Shown: piece after piece, positions 37,140 to 46,979 of the stretch | How positions within the stretch are numbered: the first letter of the stretch is position 1 | Layout of the letters: every line of letters begins with the position of its first letter | DNA from: Acidobacteriota bacterium | GTDB lineage: Bacteria > Acidobacteriota > CAIWXX01 | Length of the DNA stretch: 64,000 nt | NCBI GenBank assembly: GCA_040755995.1 | Contig: JBFMAF010000024.1 | Coordinates: 1-64,000 of the forward strand | Direction of reading: 5' to 3' | Position numbers and translations under genes: made by a program | Notes under the pieces: model-generated | Told to the model about the DNA's origin: nothing | Databases searched by the model: none | The model's input: only the letters and a program-made list of their open reading frames with translations

Positions 37140-37673
37140 CTACAGAAGCCTCCCGAACAGGAATGATGGAAGCCAGAACCCGAGCGCGAATCCGTAGAGG
37201 TGGTCCAGCCACACTACCGAGAGTATGTTGGCGATGAAGATCAGGATGACGAGGGGAAAGCTCAGGAGGGCCAGCGGATTCATCGTCTTGACTTCCATTT
37301 TCGCATGATTCCACAGGTTCCTCGCATCCTGCGTGGAAGGGAAGGCGTGCATTCCGATGGAAATGCCCAGCCACATGAGAACGTAGTTCAGAGGGCTCTC
37401 CACGCTGAAGACCTCGACGGGCAGGGAAGCGGGGAAGCAGATCAGAATGCACAAGAGCGAATTAACCGCCAGCGGTCCCACTGCGATCAAGAAGGCAGAG
37501 GTGAAATCCCTCACATCCTCATGGAGAACGTAGCCGACGGGGTTACGGAACTGGAAGAAGCACACATCCAGGATAGTCACTCTTCTCCACTTGCAGAAGA
37601 GCATGTGCGCGGCTTCGTGCACTATGACGCCCGGGAAGGTCAGCACGGCAATGATCCAGCCGGGGATGATCAT
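37140..37673 (-). CDS. membrane protein with HExxH motif (DUF3267 / zincin metalloprotease-like)
   Basis: TFPGVIVHEAAH, GYVLHE, AVGPL, MHAFPSTQD. Confidence 0.75.
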   Translation of the reverse strand: MIIPGWIIAVLTFPGVIVHEAAHMLFCKWRRVTILDVCFFQFRNPVGYVLHEDVRDFTSAFLIAVGPLAVNSLLCILICFPASLPVEVFSVESPLNYVLMWLGISIGMHAFPSTQDARNLWNHAKMEVKTMNPLALLSFPLVILIFIANILSVVWLDHLYGFALGFWLPSFLFGRLL

Positions 37674-37994
37674 GGGAGCACCTCTTCAGTCCAGCCGTTG
37701 GGGTAGCGTTTGCGGAATTCAGCACTCGATACGACCTCTCGCGTAGCCAGCCGGTACATGATCCTCATCCGGTAATCGGCGTAAGCAGGATCTTTCTCAT
37801 CTGCTATCTCTCTCCTCGATCGAACAGCTCGCAGCTGGATTGGAATCCTGGAAGCCGGCGCCAGAATAGTTCTCCGCGCGCAGCACTCTCAACTCCAGTT
37901 CCTGATGGCCCTGATGGCTCCTAGTCCGTGCGGGGCTGAGGGATGCCTGTACTGCACGGGAAGAGGGTGGAGTATGTCCATTCGTACCAAGCCT

Positions 37995-39176
37995 TCAGAC
38001 CAACCCGGCCAAAAACTGCGCAGCGGGGACGAATCGGACCCCATCCTGGACATAGTCGCGTGAGCCGTCGAGGACGACCTGATAGGCATACGGAATCCTG
38101 AGTCTCTCTCGAAAGTAGAACAGCGCGGGCTCGACGCTTTGCGCATTCACCTTGGCCTCAACCGCCAACCATGGACGTCTGCCGAGCGTGAGCAGAAAAT
38201 CCACCTCGTGCCCGGCGCGATCGCGGAGGTAGTGCAGTTGGGCATCGTGGCCCTCGCGATCTTGGAACAGATGGCATAGCTTCAGCAGGTGCAACGCGAC
38301 CAGGTTCTCAAAGCGCGGTCCGGGCGCCGGAACGAGGCTTGTGTCCCACAAGTACGCCTTTGGCATCATCTTCAGGCTGCGAACGCGAGGGGAGACGTAT
38401 GGACGGATCCGGAACGTGTGGTACAGCCGCTCCAGTATGTCCATCCAGAGAGTCACCGCGCCGTGAGTGGCGTCGAGATCCTCTCGGATCGCATTGAGCG
38501 ACAGCTGCGACCCCACTCGTTCTGGCAGCAGGTCGGCAAGAATCTGGATGGTTGAGAGATCACGAATCGACTCCAGGTCGCGCACGTCCTCACGGAAGAA
38601 ACGATCCAGGCGTTCCTTCTGCCAGCGGCGCAGGGATCGTTCTGAATGTGCCAGGAAGGGCTCCGGGAATCCGCCGTATTCCATGAGCGATGCGACCAAG
38701 TGCCGAGAGCCCGTCGGCGGGAGCCGGAGATCCCGGCCTGGCTCAGGGAGTGCAGTGTTGCCCTGGCCTTCCACCTCCGCGTACGAGAGAGGGTGCAACC
38801 GATAGTGATGATATCGGCCCTGCAGCGAGTCACCGCCTCGTCGGTAGACATCCAGCCGAGCGCTCCCCGTGACGAGGAACCTGAGTCTCTCACGGTGCTT
38901 GTCATACTCTCCTTTGATCCAGCCCTTCCACCCACGCCACTTGTGGAGCTCGTCGAACACCAGGAGCGCGTTGCCAGCGGGCCAGCATGCGGCCCGGATC
39001 TCGGAGCGATCCTGCCGGTTGTCCCAGTTGAGATACATCCCCGCACTCCACTCGGACAGGATCTGGCGCGCCATAGTAGTCTTGCCCACCTGTCGGGGGC
39101 CTGCAACGAAGACCATCTTCTCGGCCAAGTCCTCGCGTACGGAAGCCTCAAGATATCTGCGCAAAGTCATGTGCAT
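37995..39176 (-). CDS. AAA+ superfamily ATPase (AAA_14 plus DUF4143 type)
   Basis: GPRQVGKTT, FDELHK, TGSARL, GDSLQGR, GGFPEP, C-terminal EVDF...VEAK. Confidence 0.9.
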   Translation of the reverse strand: MHMTLRRYLEASVREDLAEKMVFVAGPRQVGKTTMARQILSEWSAGMYLNWDNRQDRSEIRAACWPAGNALLVFDELHKWRGWKGWIKGEYDKHRERLRFLVTGSARLDVYRRGGDSLQGRYHHYRLHPLSYAEVEGQGNTALPEPGRDLRLPPTGSRHLVASLMEYGGFPEPFLAHSERSLRRWQKERLDRFFREDVRDLESIRDLSTIQILADLLPERVGSQLSLNAIREDLDATHGAVTLWMDILERLYHTFRIRPYVSPRVRSLKMMPKAYLWDTSLVPAPGPRFENLVALHLLKLCHLFQDREGHDAQLHYLRDRAGHEVDFLLTLGRRPWLAVEAKVNAQSVEPALFYFRERLRIPYAYQVVLDGSRDYVQDGVRFVPAAQFLAGLV

Positions 39177-39433
39177 ATTTTGCCCCAAGGCGAAAAAGGT
39201 CGCAACTATTTTCGGGTACGGGCGAGAAATGCATGTCTATCGGTATCGGTACAGGCGAACACCAGCACCTTCCACTGGGCCAGCGGGCCTGCCAATGAGG
39301 TCAAGGGTGGGGCTGGGCGGGATGGCCGCGCAGTGGGGGGAGGCGGCGTCACGACGAAGACGGAGGCTGCCGGCCGGCGTGCGGAACGTGAACATGACGA
39401 TCTCTCCCTGGTGCCAGCAGCGGCAGGACCAGT

Positions 39434-41059
39434 TCACGCGTCGAGAGTCGTGTGCCTCCAACATCCGATGTGTTGCCTGAGCCAGTGGCCGGTTCTCGCG
39501 CGGCGTGGAGACGCACGTTGGAGCAATGCTCCCTGTGGCTCTCGTGCGTGACCGGGCTTCTTCTGTCCGAGGTACTCACCAGTCAAGACCGGGAATCGGG
39601 GTGGACTCGTATCGGCCCCTTTCCGGCACAACATCTCTACAGCCGCGCACTTCCCACTTGCCAGTGCCTCGTGCAGGGGCGTCCTCCCATCGGGCGCCTT
39701 GGCGTTGATCTCCGCGCCGGAATCGATGAGCTTCTCAATCTCGTCCAATTGCCCTCTCAGCGCTGCGAGATGGAGAGGAGTCAGGCCATAGCGGTCGCGG
39801 ACCTCGATCCCGCTCTCCGCCCACCCCGTGGCGTTGGTGGCGGCCCCGCTCAGACCCTTGGGTTTGAGATCCAGAACGAGGCCGGCGTCTACCCAGTACA
39901 TGTCGTTACTACCGTTGCGATCGCTGACGAAGAAGAAGTACTTGCCATCGGGCGAGAAGCCGCCGAACCAGTCGTTGTTTCTGGAGTTGATCGGCTCACC
40001 CAGATTGACGGCCGGCCCCCAGGTGCCGTCCGGTTTCTTGGCGCTCATCCAGAAATCACTCCCGCCGATTCCTCCCGATCGGAACGACTCGAAAATGAGA
40101 AGACTCTCATCCGGTGCTACATAGGTTGGCATCACGTTCGACGTGTTGAACGAGGCATCCAGTCTTTTCGGCTTCTCGAACTTCCCATCAACCAGTCTCG
40201 CAACGAATATGTTGGTGCCATCCACCGCGCCTTCGCGCCAGGAACCGAAATACATGGTTCCATCTTTGGTGAAAGCGGGCCGGGCGTCCTTGCCGGAGCT
40301 GATCTCGGGAGCCAAGAGCCTCGGCTCCGTCCATCCGCCGCCTTCGCGTTCGACTGACCACATGTTGTAGTCACCGGCCTTTCCCGCATCCCGCGCCGGC
40401 CGGCAGGAGGTGAAATAGAGTGTCTTTCCGTCGCTCGATAGGGTAGGGCAGATATCCCGAAACCGGGCCTCGGAGAAAGGGAGCTGCTTCAGCTCGCTCC
40501 ACGCGTCGCCATCCCTCTTCATACTCAAGAGAATGCCCGTGTCATCCTCGAACACGACCGCCCAGAAGACCTCCGCGCCATCTTGAGTGAATGCCGGTGC
40601 ACTGTGATCGAACAAGATCGAGGAAAGGATTTCGGGCGAGAAGAGGCGGGGCGTTGCGCCGGGGACGTCCTCTCCGACATATTCCCCCACGATGCGGGGC
40701 CATCTCCAGGGTGTCTGGTCTGCACCCTTTTCTCTAAGCAGACTCGCCACGTCCTGATGGTTGTGCTGGATGGCGATGTGGAGCGGGGTCTGCGCCAGGC
40801 GGGTCTTCTGATTGATGTCCGCGCCCCTGGCCAGCAGTAAACTAGCCATATCCCGGTGGCCCTTCAATGCGGCCCAGTGAAGGGGGCTGAGAGCATACAG
40901 ATCGCCTTGATTAAGGAGGGCAGGATCTTCGTCCAACAAGGCCCTTGTCGCTGCCAGGTCACCTCGTTTCACCGCCTCGTGGATCTCACCGCCCGCGAGC
41001 CACACCGTGCTGCATGCGAGAGCCCAAAGTGCAAGCATGGCCTTTGTCGTCTTCATCAT
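39434..41059 (-). CDS. secreted ankyrin-repeat plus PD40 (TolB-like propeller) protein, C-terminally truncated
   Basis: SPLHWAA/TPLHIAI/TPLHLAA/TPLHEAL ankyrins; SSDGKTLYFTS and FSPDGKYFFFVSDR; homology ends near 39550. Confidence 0.85.
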   Translation of the reverse strand: MMKTTKAMLALWALACSTVWLAGGEIHEAVKRGDLAATRALLDEDPALLNQGDLYALSPLHWAALKGHRDMASLLLARGADINQKTRLAQTPLHIAIQHNHQDVASLLREKGADQTPWRWPRIVGEYVGEDVPGATPRLFSPEILSSILFDHSAPAFTQDGAEVFWAVVFEDDTGILLSMKRDGDAWSELKQLPFSEARFRDICPTLSSDGKTLYFTSCRPARDAGKAGDYNMWSVEREGGGWTEPRLLAPEISSGKDARPAFTKDGTMYFGSWREGAVDGTNIFVARLVDGKFEKPKRLDASFNTSNVMPTYVAPDESLLIFESFRSGGIGGSDFWMSAKKPDGTWGPAVNLGEPINSRNNDWFGGFSPDGKYFFFVSDRNGSNDMYWVDAGLVLDLKPKGLSGAATNATGWAESGIEVRDRYGLTPLHLAALRGQLDEIEKLIDSGAEINAKAPDGRTPLHEALASGKCAAVEMLCRKGADTSPPRFPVLTGEYLGQKKPGHAREPQGALLQRASPRRARTGHWLRQHIGCWRHTTLDA

Positions 41060-41184
41060 CGAATACCTCCCCTTTCCTTGAAGTTCCTCTCCTCCTTGAG
41101 TACCACCTCATCTGTTGATCCGCCGTCCACGCCGTCTTCTCCCGCCACGAGGGCGCCGGCATAGCCCGGTCGATGGTGCCGAGC

Positions 41185-42357
41185 TCAGACGACCAGCATC
41201 TCGTTCGCGCGGATGAGCCTCGATCGCACCTGCAGACCGTAGGGACAGGCTGACTGGCAGGGGCCGCTACACGCCTGGCATGGCGCGGGCTTGCGGCTCT
41301 CGTCCAGCTCGCGATAGTACCGGGCGGCCTCGCGCTGCATGCCGTAGTGCTCGAAGTACATCGCGTAGCGCAGCACCTCGTTGATGGCCACGCGTTGGGG
41401 GCATGCCTGCAGGCACTCTCGGCAGCTCACGCGGCAGTACTGGTCCCAGGCCTCATTGCGGTAGGACGAGATGAGCTTGAGATCCGACTCCAGGAGCGGG
41501 CGGCCGGAAGCGCCGAGGTACTCGTCGACGTGCGAGTAGCTCGACATCGTGACGATGCAGGCATCGACATTCGGGTCGCTCAGGACCCATCGGATGGCTG
41601 CCTGTGGGTAGCTCTGCTTTTCGCTCACCATGCCCTTCAGGCTTCCCTGCATTCCGCCGGCGAAGACCTTCATTGCGACGGTCGCAACGCCCTTTTTGTG
41701 GAGCTGCTCCACCAGCGGCTGGATCGCCTTGCCCTCGAGGTGGTTGTAGACGAAGAGCACGACACGATACAGGTCGGAATCGAGTGCCTTGGGCAGGAAG
41801 TCCCTCGCGTTGTGCGTCGAGAAGCCTACGAACCGGGCCTTGCCTTCCTTGCGCAGTTGTCTGTAGCCGGCCTGGATCTCCGGATCGTCGAGGACGGAGG
41901 GTTCGTCGACGCTGTGCACCATGGCCACGTCGACGTGGTCGGTCTGAAGGCGCTTCAGGCTGGCCTCGGCACGCTTGACAATCTCGGCCCGGTTCCGCTC
42001 GGCGGCGTTGCGGAATACGTACTTCGTGGTGATCACCACCTTGTCGCGCACGCTCTTGAGGGCCTGCCCGATCATCGTCTCGCTCTGCTTGTTCAGGTAG
42101 CCTTCGGCGGTGTCGAAGTAGTTGACGCCGCGGTCGTAGGCGTAGCGGAGCACGTTGGCGTCGAAGAGCGATATCACGCCGAAGCTGACATCAGATATTT
42201 TCAAACCGGTCTTGCCGAAGGGCTTGTATTTCTGAACCTTGGGCGCGGCGCCCTGGCCTTCAGGCCCGGCACTTTCGCTCCGGCCCGTCCGGTCCAGGCT
42301 CATGCCGGCCACACCGGCGGAGACGCTGGTCAGGAAGTTGCGGCGGCTGATGCTCAT
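41185..42357 (-). CDS. aldo/keto reductase with Tat signal and C-terminal Fe-S dicluster
   Basis: SRRNFL, GKTGLKIS, YFDTAEGY, SLKRLQTD, CRVSCRECLQACP and CQACSGPCQSACP. Confidence 0.9.
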   Translation of the reverse strand: MSISRRNFLTSVSAGVAGMSLDRTGRSESAGPEGQGAAPKVQKYKPFGKTGLKISDVSFGVISLFDANVLRYAYDRGVNYFDTAEGYLNKQSETMIGQALKSVRDKVVITTKYVFRNAAERNRAEIVKRAEASLKRLQTDHVDVAMVHSVDEPSVLDDPEIQAGYRQLRKEGKARFVGFSTHNARDFLPKALDSDLYRVVLFVYNHLEGKAIQPLVEQLHKKGVATVAMKVFAGGMQGSLKGMVSEKQSYPQAAIRWVLSDPNVDACIVTMSSYSHVDEYLGASGRPLLESDLKLISSYRNEAWDQYCRVSCRECLQACPQRVAINEVLRYAMYFEHYGMQREAARYYRELDESRKPAPCQACSGPCQSACPYGLQVRSRLIRANEMLVV

Positions 42358-42376
42358 GGGTTCCTCCTTGTATCCA

Positions 42377-43465
42377 CTATGGCTTGCGTTTGAGGACGAG
42401 CGGGATCAGAGGCGACACGGCATCGGTCACTTTCTTGATCTCATCAGGGGGGACGGAGTAATAGAGGAGCCAACATGTGTCGCCTCGTTGGGAGTCGCAT
42501 GACAGGATCTTGGCCCCCGGGCGAAAGGCGTTCGCCGAGCTGGCCTCGGCTTCGGAGGCGTACCAGCTCACCTCGGTTTCCTGCCCGGCGAACTGGAAGA
42601 TCAGCGTCTCTCCGGACTTGAACCCGGCCTTCTCGATCCACGCGGGCGTCCAGTTGGGCACGAGGACCAGGCTGTCGTCGCCGTATGGCACGTGCATCAG
42701 CAAGTTCCCGTGCAAGGTGCCCTCATCCAGCGTGGCGAGCCCCGCATTGATCTCAAGTCTCGTGAAGAAACCATCTTCGAGCGGCGGGTTGAGCGTGGGT
42801 TCGGAGACCTGTGCGAGGTTGCCGTGTTCGCCCAAACCGCTCAGCCAGATGGACTGGGGCAGCTTGAGACCCTGAACATCCTGAGGCTGCCCGAACTGAT
42901 ACTCGTACTCCGCCCTCTCTCCTCCTTCTCCCGTTCCTTGCAGCACGATCCGCCGAATCAGGAAGCTCTTCTCGTCGACGTAGAAGCTGGCCCTGGACGA
43001 GCCCAGATCGGCGGTCAGGACATAGTGCTTCTCGGCTCCAAGATCCCTGAGCCCCTCCAAGGTGAGACTGTCCCGGAAGCTCGACAGGGTGAAGAAGCCT
43101 CCAGCCAGGCGAGCCATGAACTGAAGGCGCATCTTCTCGACGCCCCTGACCTCTGTGACCGCGTCCAGCTGGAGCTGCAGCACCTGCAGGGGCGTCACGG
43201 AGACTGATCCCATGATCACCGGACCCATCCCGCGGGTGACGACCTTCATCCGTCCGCTGGTATCGATGTGGTACCTCCGGAACTGCGTCGTGAAAGAGTA
43301 AGTCTTCGTCGACGCCAGCAGCTCCTCGCTGCCGGCCGTCTGGCGACTGCGCTCGACGATGTCGGCCACGCCGAGAGCCGCCTGCGCCCGGGAAGGCTGC
43401 GGGAGAGCGAGCCCGCAGGTGAGAGCCAGGCCGATCATGCCGAGCCGAATGTATGGCTTCCTCAT
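42377..43465 (-). CDS. hypothetical exported protein
   Basis: 362-aa ORF, signal peptide, GGAGG RBS, co-oriented with the AKR gene. Confidence 0.7.
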   Translation of the reverse strand: MRKPYIRLGMIGLALTCGLALPQPSRAQAALGVADIVERSRQTAGSEELLASTKTYSFTTQFRRYHIDTSGRMKVVTRGMGPVIMGSVSVTPLQVLQLQLDAVTEVRGVEKMRLQFMARLAGGFFTLSSFRDSLTLEGLRDLGAEKHYVLTADLGSSRASFYVDEKSFLIRRIVLQGTGEGGERAEYEYQFGQPQDVQGLKLPQSIWLSGLGEHGNLAQVSEPTLNPPLEDGFFTRLEINAGLATLDEGTLHGNLLMHVPYGDDSLVLVPNWTPAWIEKAGFKSGETLIFQFAGQETEVSWYASEAEASSANAFRPGAKILSCDSQRGDTCWLLYYSVPPDEIKKVTDAVSPLIPLVLKRKP

Positions 43466-43652
43466 GACATCCTCCGATGTGATCGATTACCTTTGTGTAT
43501 ACGCGGGCGCCCGCGGTGAGTTTCAGGCGCCACGGCTTTACCGGCGGTGCTCATTCGCCTATACTCTCCCGGAGTTGCTCGCATCATCAGGCCCAACGAT
43601 CGCGCGATGCGCCTGACATGGCGGTCAGGAGGCCGGGGTAGGGGAGAGCCCA

Positions 43653-45206
43653 ATGCCAGATCCCGAGGGCGGATCCGATTCGGCCGGAACCATCGACGAG
43701 GTGATCTCGGCGGGAGAGCAGCGGTTCGATCGCGCGCGGCGCACGGTCAGCCTGTTCGCCGGGCCTCTGCTCTTCTGCATTCTGCTGGCGCTCCCGATGC
43801 CGTCACTCGCACCCGACGCGCACCGCCTTGCGGCAGTACTTGGGTGGGTGCTCGTGTACTGGATCGGCGAGGCTATCCCGATTCCGATCACCTCGCTTCT
43901 CGCGCCGGTGCTGTGCATCGTGCTGGGAGTAGCGAGCCCGTCTGTGGCGTTCGCGCCGTTTGCCAACCCGATCATCTTCCTCTTCCTTGGCAGCTTCATT
44001 CTGGCTCAGGGGATGATCGAGCAGCGACTGGACCAGCGCATCGCGCTCGCGATCCTCTCGCTTCCCTTCGTCGGGAACAGCCCTCGGCGCCTCCTGATTG
44101 CCGTGGGGATCATCCCCGTGACGATTTCGATGTGGATCAGCGACAGTGCGACGACGGCGATGGTCTACCCGATCCTGATGGGGATCATATCGGCCGTGGG
44201 TGCCATGGCGACTGCCTCCGCTCACGCTCCGATGCCGGCGCGATTCAAGTCGGGCCTGTTTCTGACGATCTCCTACGCGGCGCTCATCGGAGGCACCGGC
44301 ACACCCGTGGGCACGCCGCCGAATCTGATCGGCATCGCCATGATCCAGAAGCTGCTCGGCGTCCACATCCGTTTCTTCCAGTGGATGCTGCTGGCCGTCC
44401 CGATCGTGCTTGCTATGTGGTTGTGCATGGTGCTCTACATGCTGAAGCTGCATCCGCCGGGTGTGAAGGCGCTCCCGGGCCTTGTCGAGTTCCTCCGTTC
44501 GCAGCGGGCGAAGCAGGGCCCCTGGACACGGGGGCAGAAGAACGCGCTGCTCGCCTTCCTCGTGGCCGTGGCGCTCTGGGTCTTCCCGGGAGTGGTCGCA
44601 TCCGTTCGAGGAACGGAGAGCACCCTGTACAAGTTCTGCGAGGCGCACATACCCGAAGGGGTGGCATCGCTCGTGGCCGCCGTTCTCCTCTTTCTGCTGC
44701 CGGTCGACTGGGCCGAGCGACGGTTCACGTTGAGCTGGTCTCGCGCGGTTCGGATCGACTGGGGGACGATTCTGCTGTTCGGCGGCGGCCTGTCGCTAGG
44801 CGGACTCATGTTCTCCACCGGCCTGGCCGGCGCGCTCGGCAGAGAGCTTGTCGCGCTGAGCGGCGCGAGCTCGCTCTGGGCCATCACCGCCATCGGCATC
44901 GCGATGGCGATCCTCACTACCGAAATGACATCCAATACGGCGACCGCCAACATGCTCGTCCCCATCATGATCGCGGTCGCGCAGGGTGCCGGCGTCAGCG
45001 CCATTCCGCCCGCCATCGGGGTTTGCCTCGGAGCCAGCATGGCGTTCATGCTGCCGGTCTCGACACCATCGAACGCCATCGTCTACGGCTCTGGCATGGT
45101 GCCGATCACGGCGATGATCCGAGCCGGAGTGCTGCTGGACCTGGTGAGTTTCCTCGTCATCATCACGGGCCTCCGTCTCCTCTGCCCGTTGCTCGGTCTG
45201 CTGTAG
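43653..45206 (+). CDS. DASS/SLC13 family sodium-coupled anion symporter
   Basis: EAIPIPITSL, SMWISDSATT, GTPVGTPPN, TEMTSNTATA, FMLPVSTPSNAIV. Confidence 0.93.
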   Translation: MPDPEGGSDSAGTIDEVISAGEQRFDRARRTVSLFAGPLLFCILLALPMPSLAPDAHRLAAVLGWVLVYWIGEAIPIPITSLLAPVLCIVLGVASPSVAFAPFANPIIFLFLGSFILAQGMIEQRLDQRIALAILSLPFVGNSPRRLLIAVGIIPVTISMWISDSATTAMVYPILMGIISAVGAMATASAHAPMPARFKSGLFLTISYAALIGGTGTPVGTPPNLIGIAMIQKLLGVHIRFFQWMLLAVPIVLAMWLCMVLYMLKLHPPGVKALPGLVEFLRSQRAKQGPWTRGQKNALLAFLVAVALWVFPGVVASVRGTESTLYKFCEAHIPEGVASLVAAVLLFLLPVDWAERRFTLSWSRAVRIDWGTILLFGGGLSLGGLMFSTGLAGALGRELVALSGASSLWAITAIGIAMAILTTEMTSNTATANMLVPIMIAVAQGAGVSAIPPAIGVCLGASMAFMLPVSTPSNAIVYGSGMVPITAMIRAGVLLDLVSFLVIITGLRLLCPLLGLL

Positions 45207-45268
45207 CGACGCCGCGCCGGACTGGCGCTGCACAGCCTGGCGCCAGGCTCTCCCGCGCTGGACTCGAT

Positions 45269-46048
45269 TCACCGGCCCAGAAGCCGAACCCGCGTTTTTT
45301 CCAATCGAGGATCATCCCCGATGAGCCTCAGGAAGTTGGCTCGGACAGTCTCGACAAGATCGTCCGCCGTCGTCGCGCGCAGCGCGGCCACTGTTTCAGC
45401 CACGCGGCCCAGCAAGGACGGCATCCCGGGACTGCCCGCCATCCATTCATAGCCACCGGGATTGTCGGTCTCCAGAAGGATCCTATCCGCAGGCACATCG
45501 CGCGCGATCTTCTGCATGTGCTTCGAGCGGAGTGCCTGGATGCCGATCGTGAAGTAAGCGCCGTCGCTCGCGAAATCGCGGAACACGTCCAACGGCCCCG
45601 AGTACCAGTGGATGATCGTCCGGCGAATCCGGCTGCGCCGGAGCAGCTCCAGCACGTCCCGCTCGGCACCCTTCGAATGCACGTTGACGATCTTGTCCTG
45701 GGCGCTCGCAGCATCGAGAAAGAACTCGAACACTTCGCTCTGAGCCGGGTAGCTCGAGGGATCTTTGATGAAGTGGTGGTCCAGTCCGATCTCCCCGAGC
45801 ATCGGGCTCTGCGCGACGGCCGCGCTCAGCTCCGTCAGGCGTCCCACGCAGGCGGGGGCGTTCCAGGGATGAATTCCGAATACCGGCAGCACCAGCTCGC
45901 ATCGCTGGGCGATCTCGAGGGTCCGCTCGTAGGAGGCCGCGTCCATCGAAACGGCCACGGTCAGTATCTTCAGCCGCTCGATCTCCTGCAGCACCGAATC
46001 GAGGTCGTCTCCATATTGATGGAGATGCGCATGCGCGTCGATGAGCAC
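45269..46048 (-). CDS. TatD family metal-dependent hydrolase
   Basis: IDAHAH, GIHPW, GEIGLD, VHS, HWYSG, LLETD. Confidence 0.92.
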   Translation of the reverse strand: MLIDAHAHLHQYGDDLDSVLQEIERLKILTVAVSMDAASYERTLEIAQRCELVLPVFGIHPWNAPACVGRLTELSAAVAQSPMLGEIGLDHHFIKDPSSYPAQSEVFEFFLDAASAQDKIVNVHSKGAERDVLELLRRSRIRRTIIHWYSGPLDVFRDFASDGAYFTIGIQALRSKHMQKIARDVPADRILLETDNPGGYEWMAGSPGMPSLLGRVAETVAALRATTADDLVETVRANFLRLIGDDPRLEKTRVRLLGR

Positions 46049-46127
46049 GATGGTCCTCTGTCGTGTTCCGGCGTTCACCTCGCCGCGCTCTGAGCTCTCA
46101 CCGATCTACCACCGGCCGCACTTCTCA

Positions 46128-46724
46128 TCATGGACGCACCATCGCAATCGCCAACCAGGTGGAGGTGCTGTCCGGATTGGCATCCTTGGGGAACTTCATG
46201 TCGGGTCTCTTCAGTTGCAAAAAAAGCCGCCACGACGGTCCCGCGATGAGAGACTTTGAGATCTGGAACTCGAACCCTTCGAGCGGCACGACCTTCTGCG
46301 CGCCGTTCTCGCTGATCAATCCGATGCTGTTGGCCGACCAGAGGGCGTTCTTGCCCCACTGGATGTCCCCCCATACGCCCGCGGCGAATTCGGCTTCGCC
46401 GAGCGCCGATGAGACGTGAAGCTTCCTGGGCGTTCCGCTGGACCCGGCCAGATAGAGGTCGATGCCCGTGTGCATCTCGCGCAGGAAACGGATTCCCAGG
46501 TACAGATAGTGCCTGTCCTGATTCAAGATGAGGAGGAGACGATCTTCTACTTCAGGCGCCCCGGTCTCATCCCATTCCCCAGACCCAAACCGGCCGTTGA
46601 TGAGCACGGGGACGGCATCCTGCGCCCTCATGCGCACCTCGACAGGTCTGTTGACTTCCCCAACTGCCAATGTGCCAGCAAGCATGAGGAGAATGGCAAT
46701 CATCGTCGGCTGCTTCGCGAGCAT
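46128..46724 (-). CDS. hypothetical exported protein (DOMON/CBM9-like start)
   Basis: AAGGAGG RBS, signal peptide, PVLINGRFGSGEW, YLYLGI. Confidence 0.65.
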   Translation of the reverse strand: MLAKQPTMIAILLMLAGTLAVGEVNRPVEVRMRAQDAVPVLINGRFGSGEWDETGAPEVEDRLLLILNQDRHYLYLGIRFLREMHTGIDLYLAGSSGTPRKLHVSSALGEAEFAAGVWGDIQWGKNALWSANSIGLISENGAQKVVPLEGFEFQISKSLIAGPSWRLFLQLKRPDMKFPKDANPDSTSTWLAIAMVRP

Positions 46725-46979
46725 CAACTGCCTCCTTGCCTATCGGGATCCCGAGATCTCGGAACCTCCCAATCATACACGAATCACTTCCGCGGGTTGG
46801 CAGCGATTCTCTCGTTTGCGAGTCCTCTCGTACACCTACACCTTCGAGTACTCCCAGGCTGTACGGCCTTGGCGTTCCTCGAATGACTCGCCCCGAGTCA
46901 CTATCTCGGGGCGCTACACCATTGCTGTCAGCGTGAGCACCAATTTTGATAGACTCGTGGTGCGCATGGAGGTGCCCAG

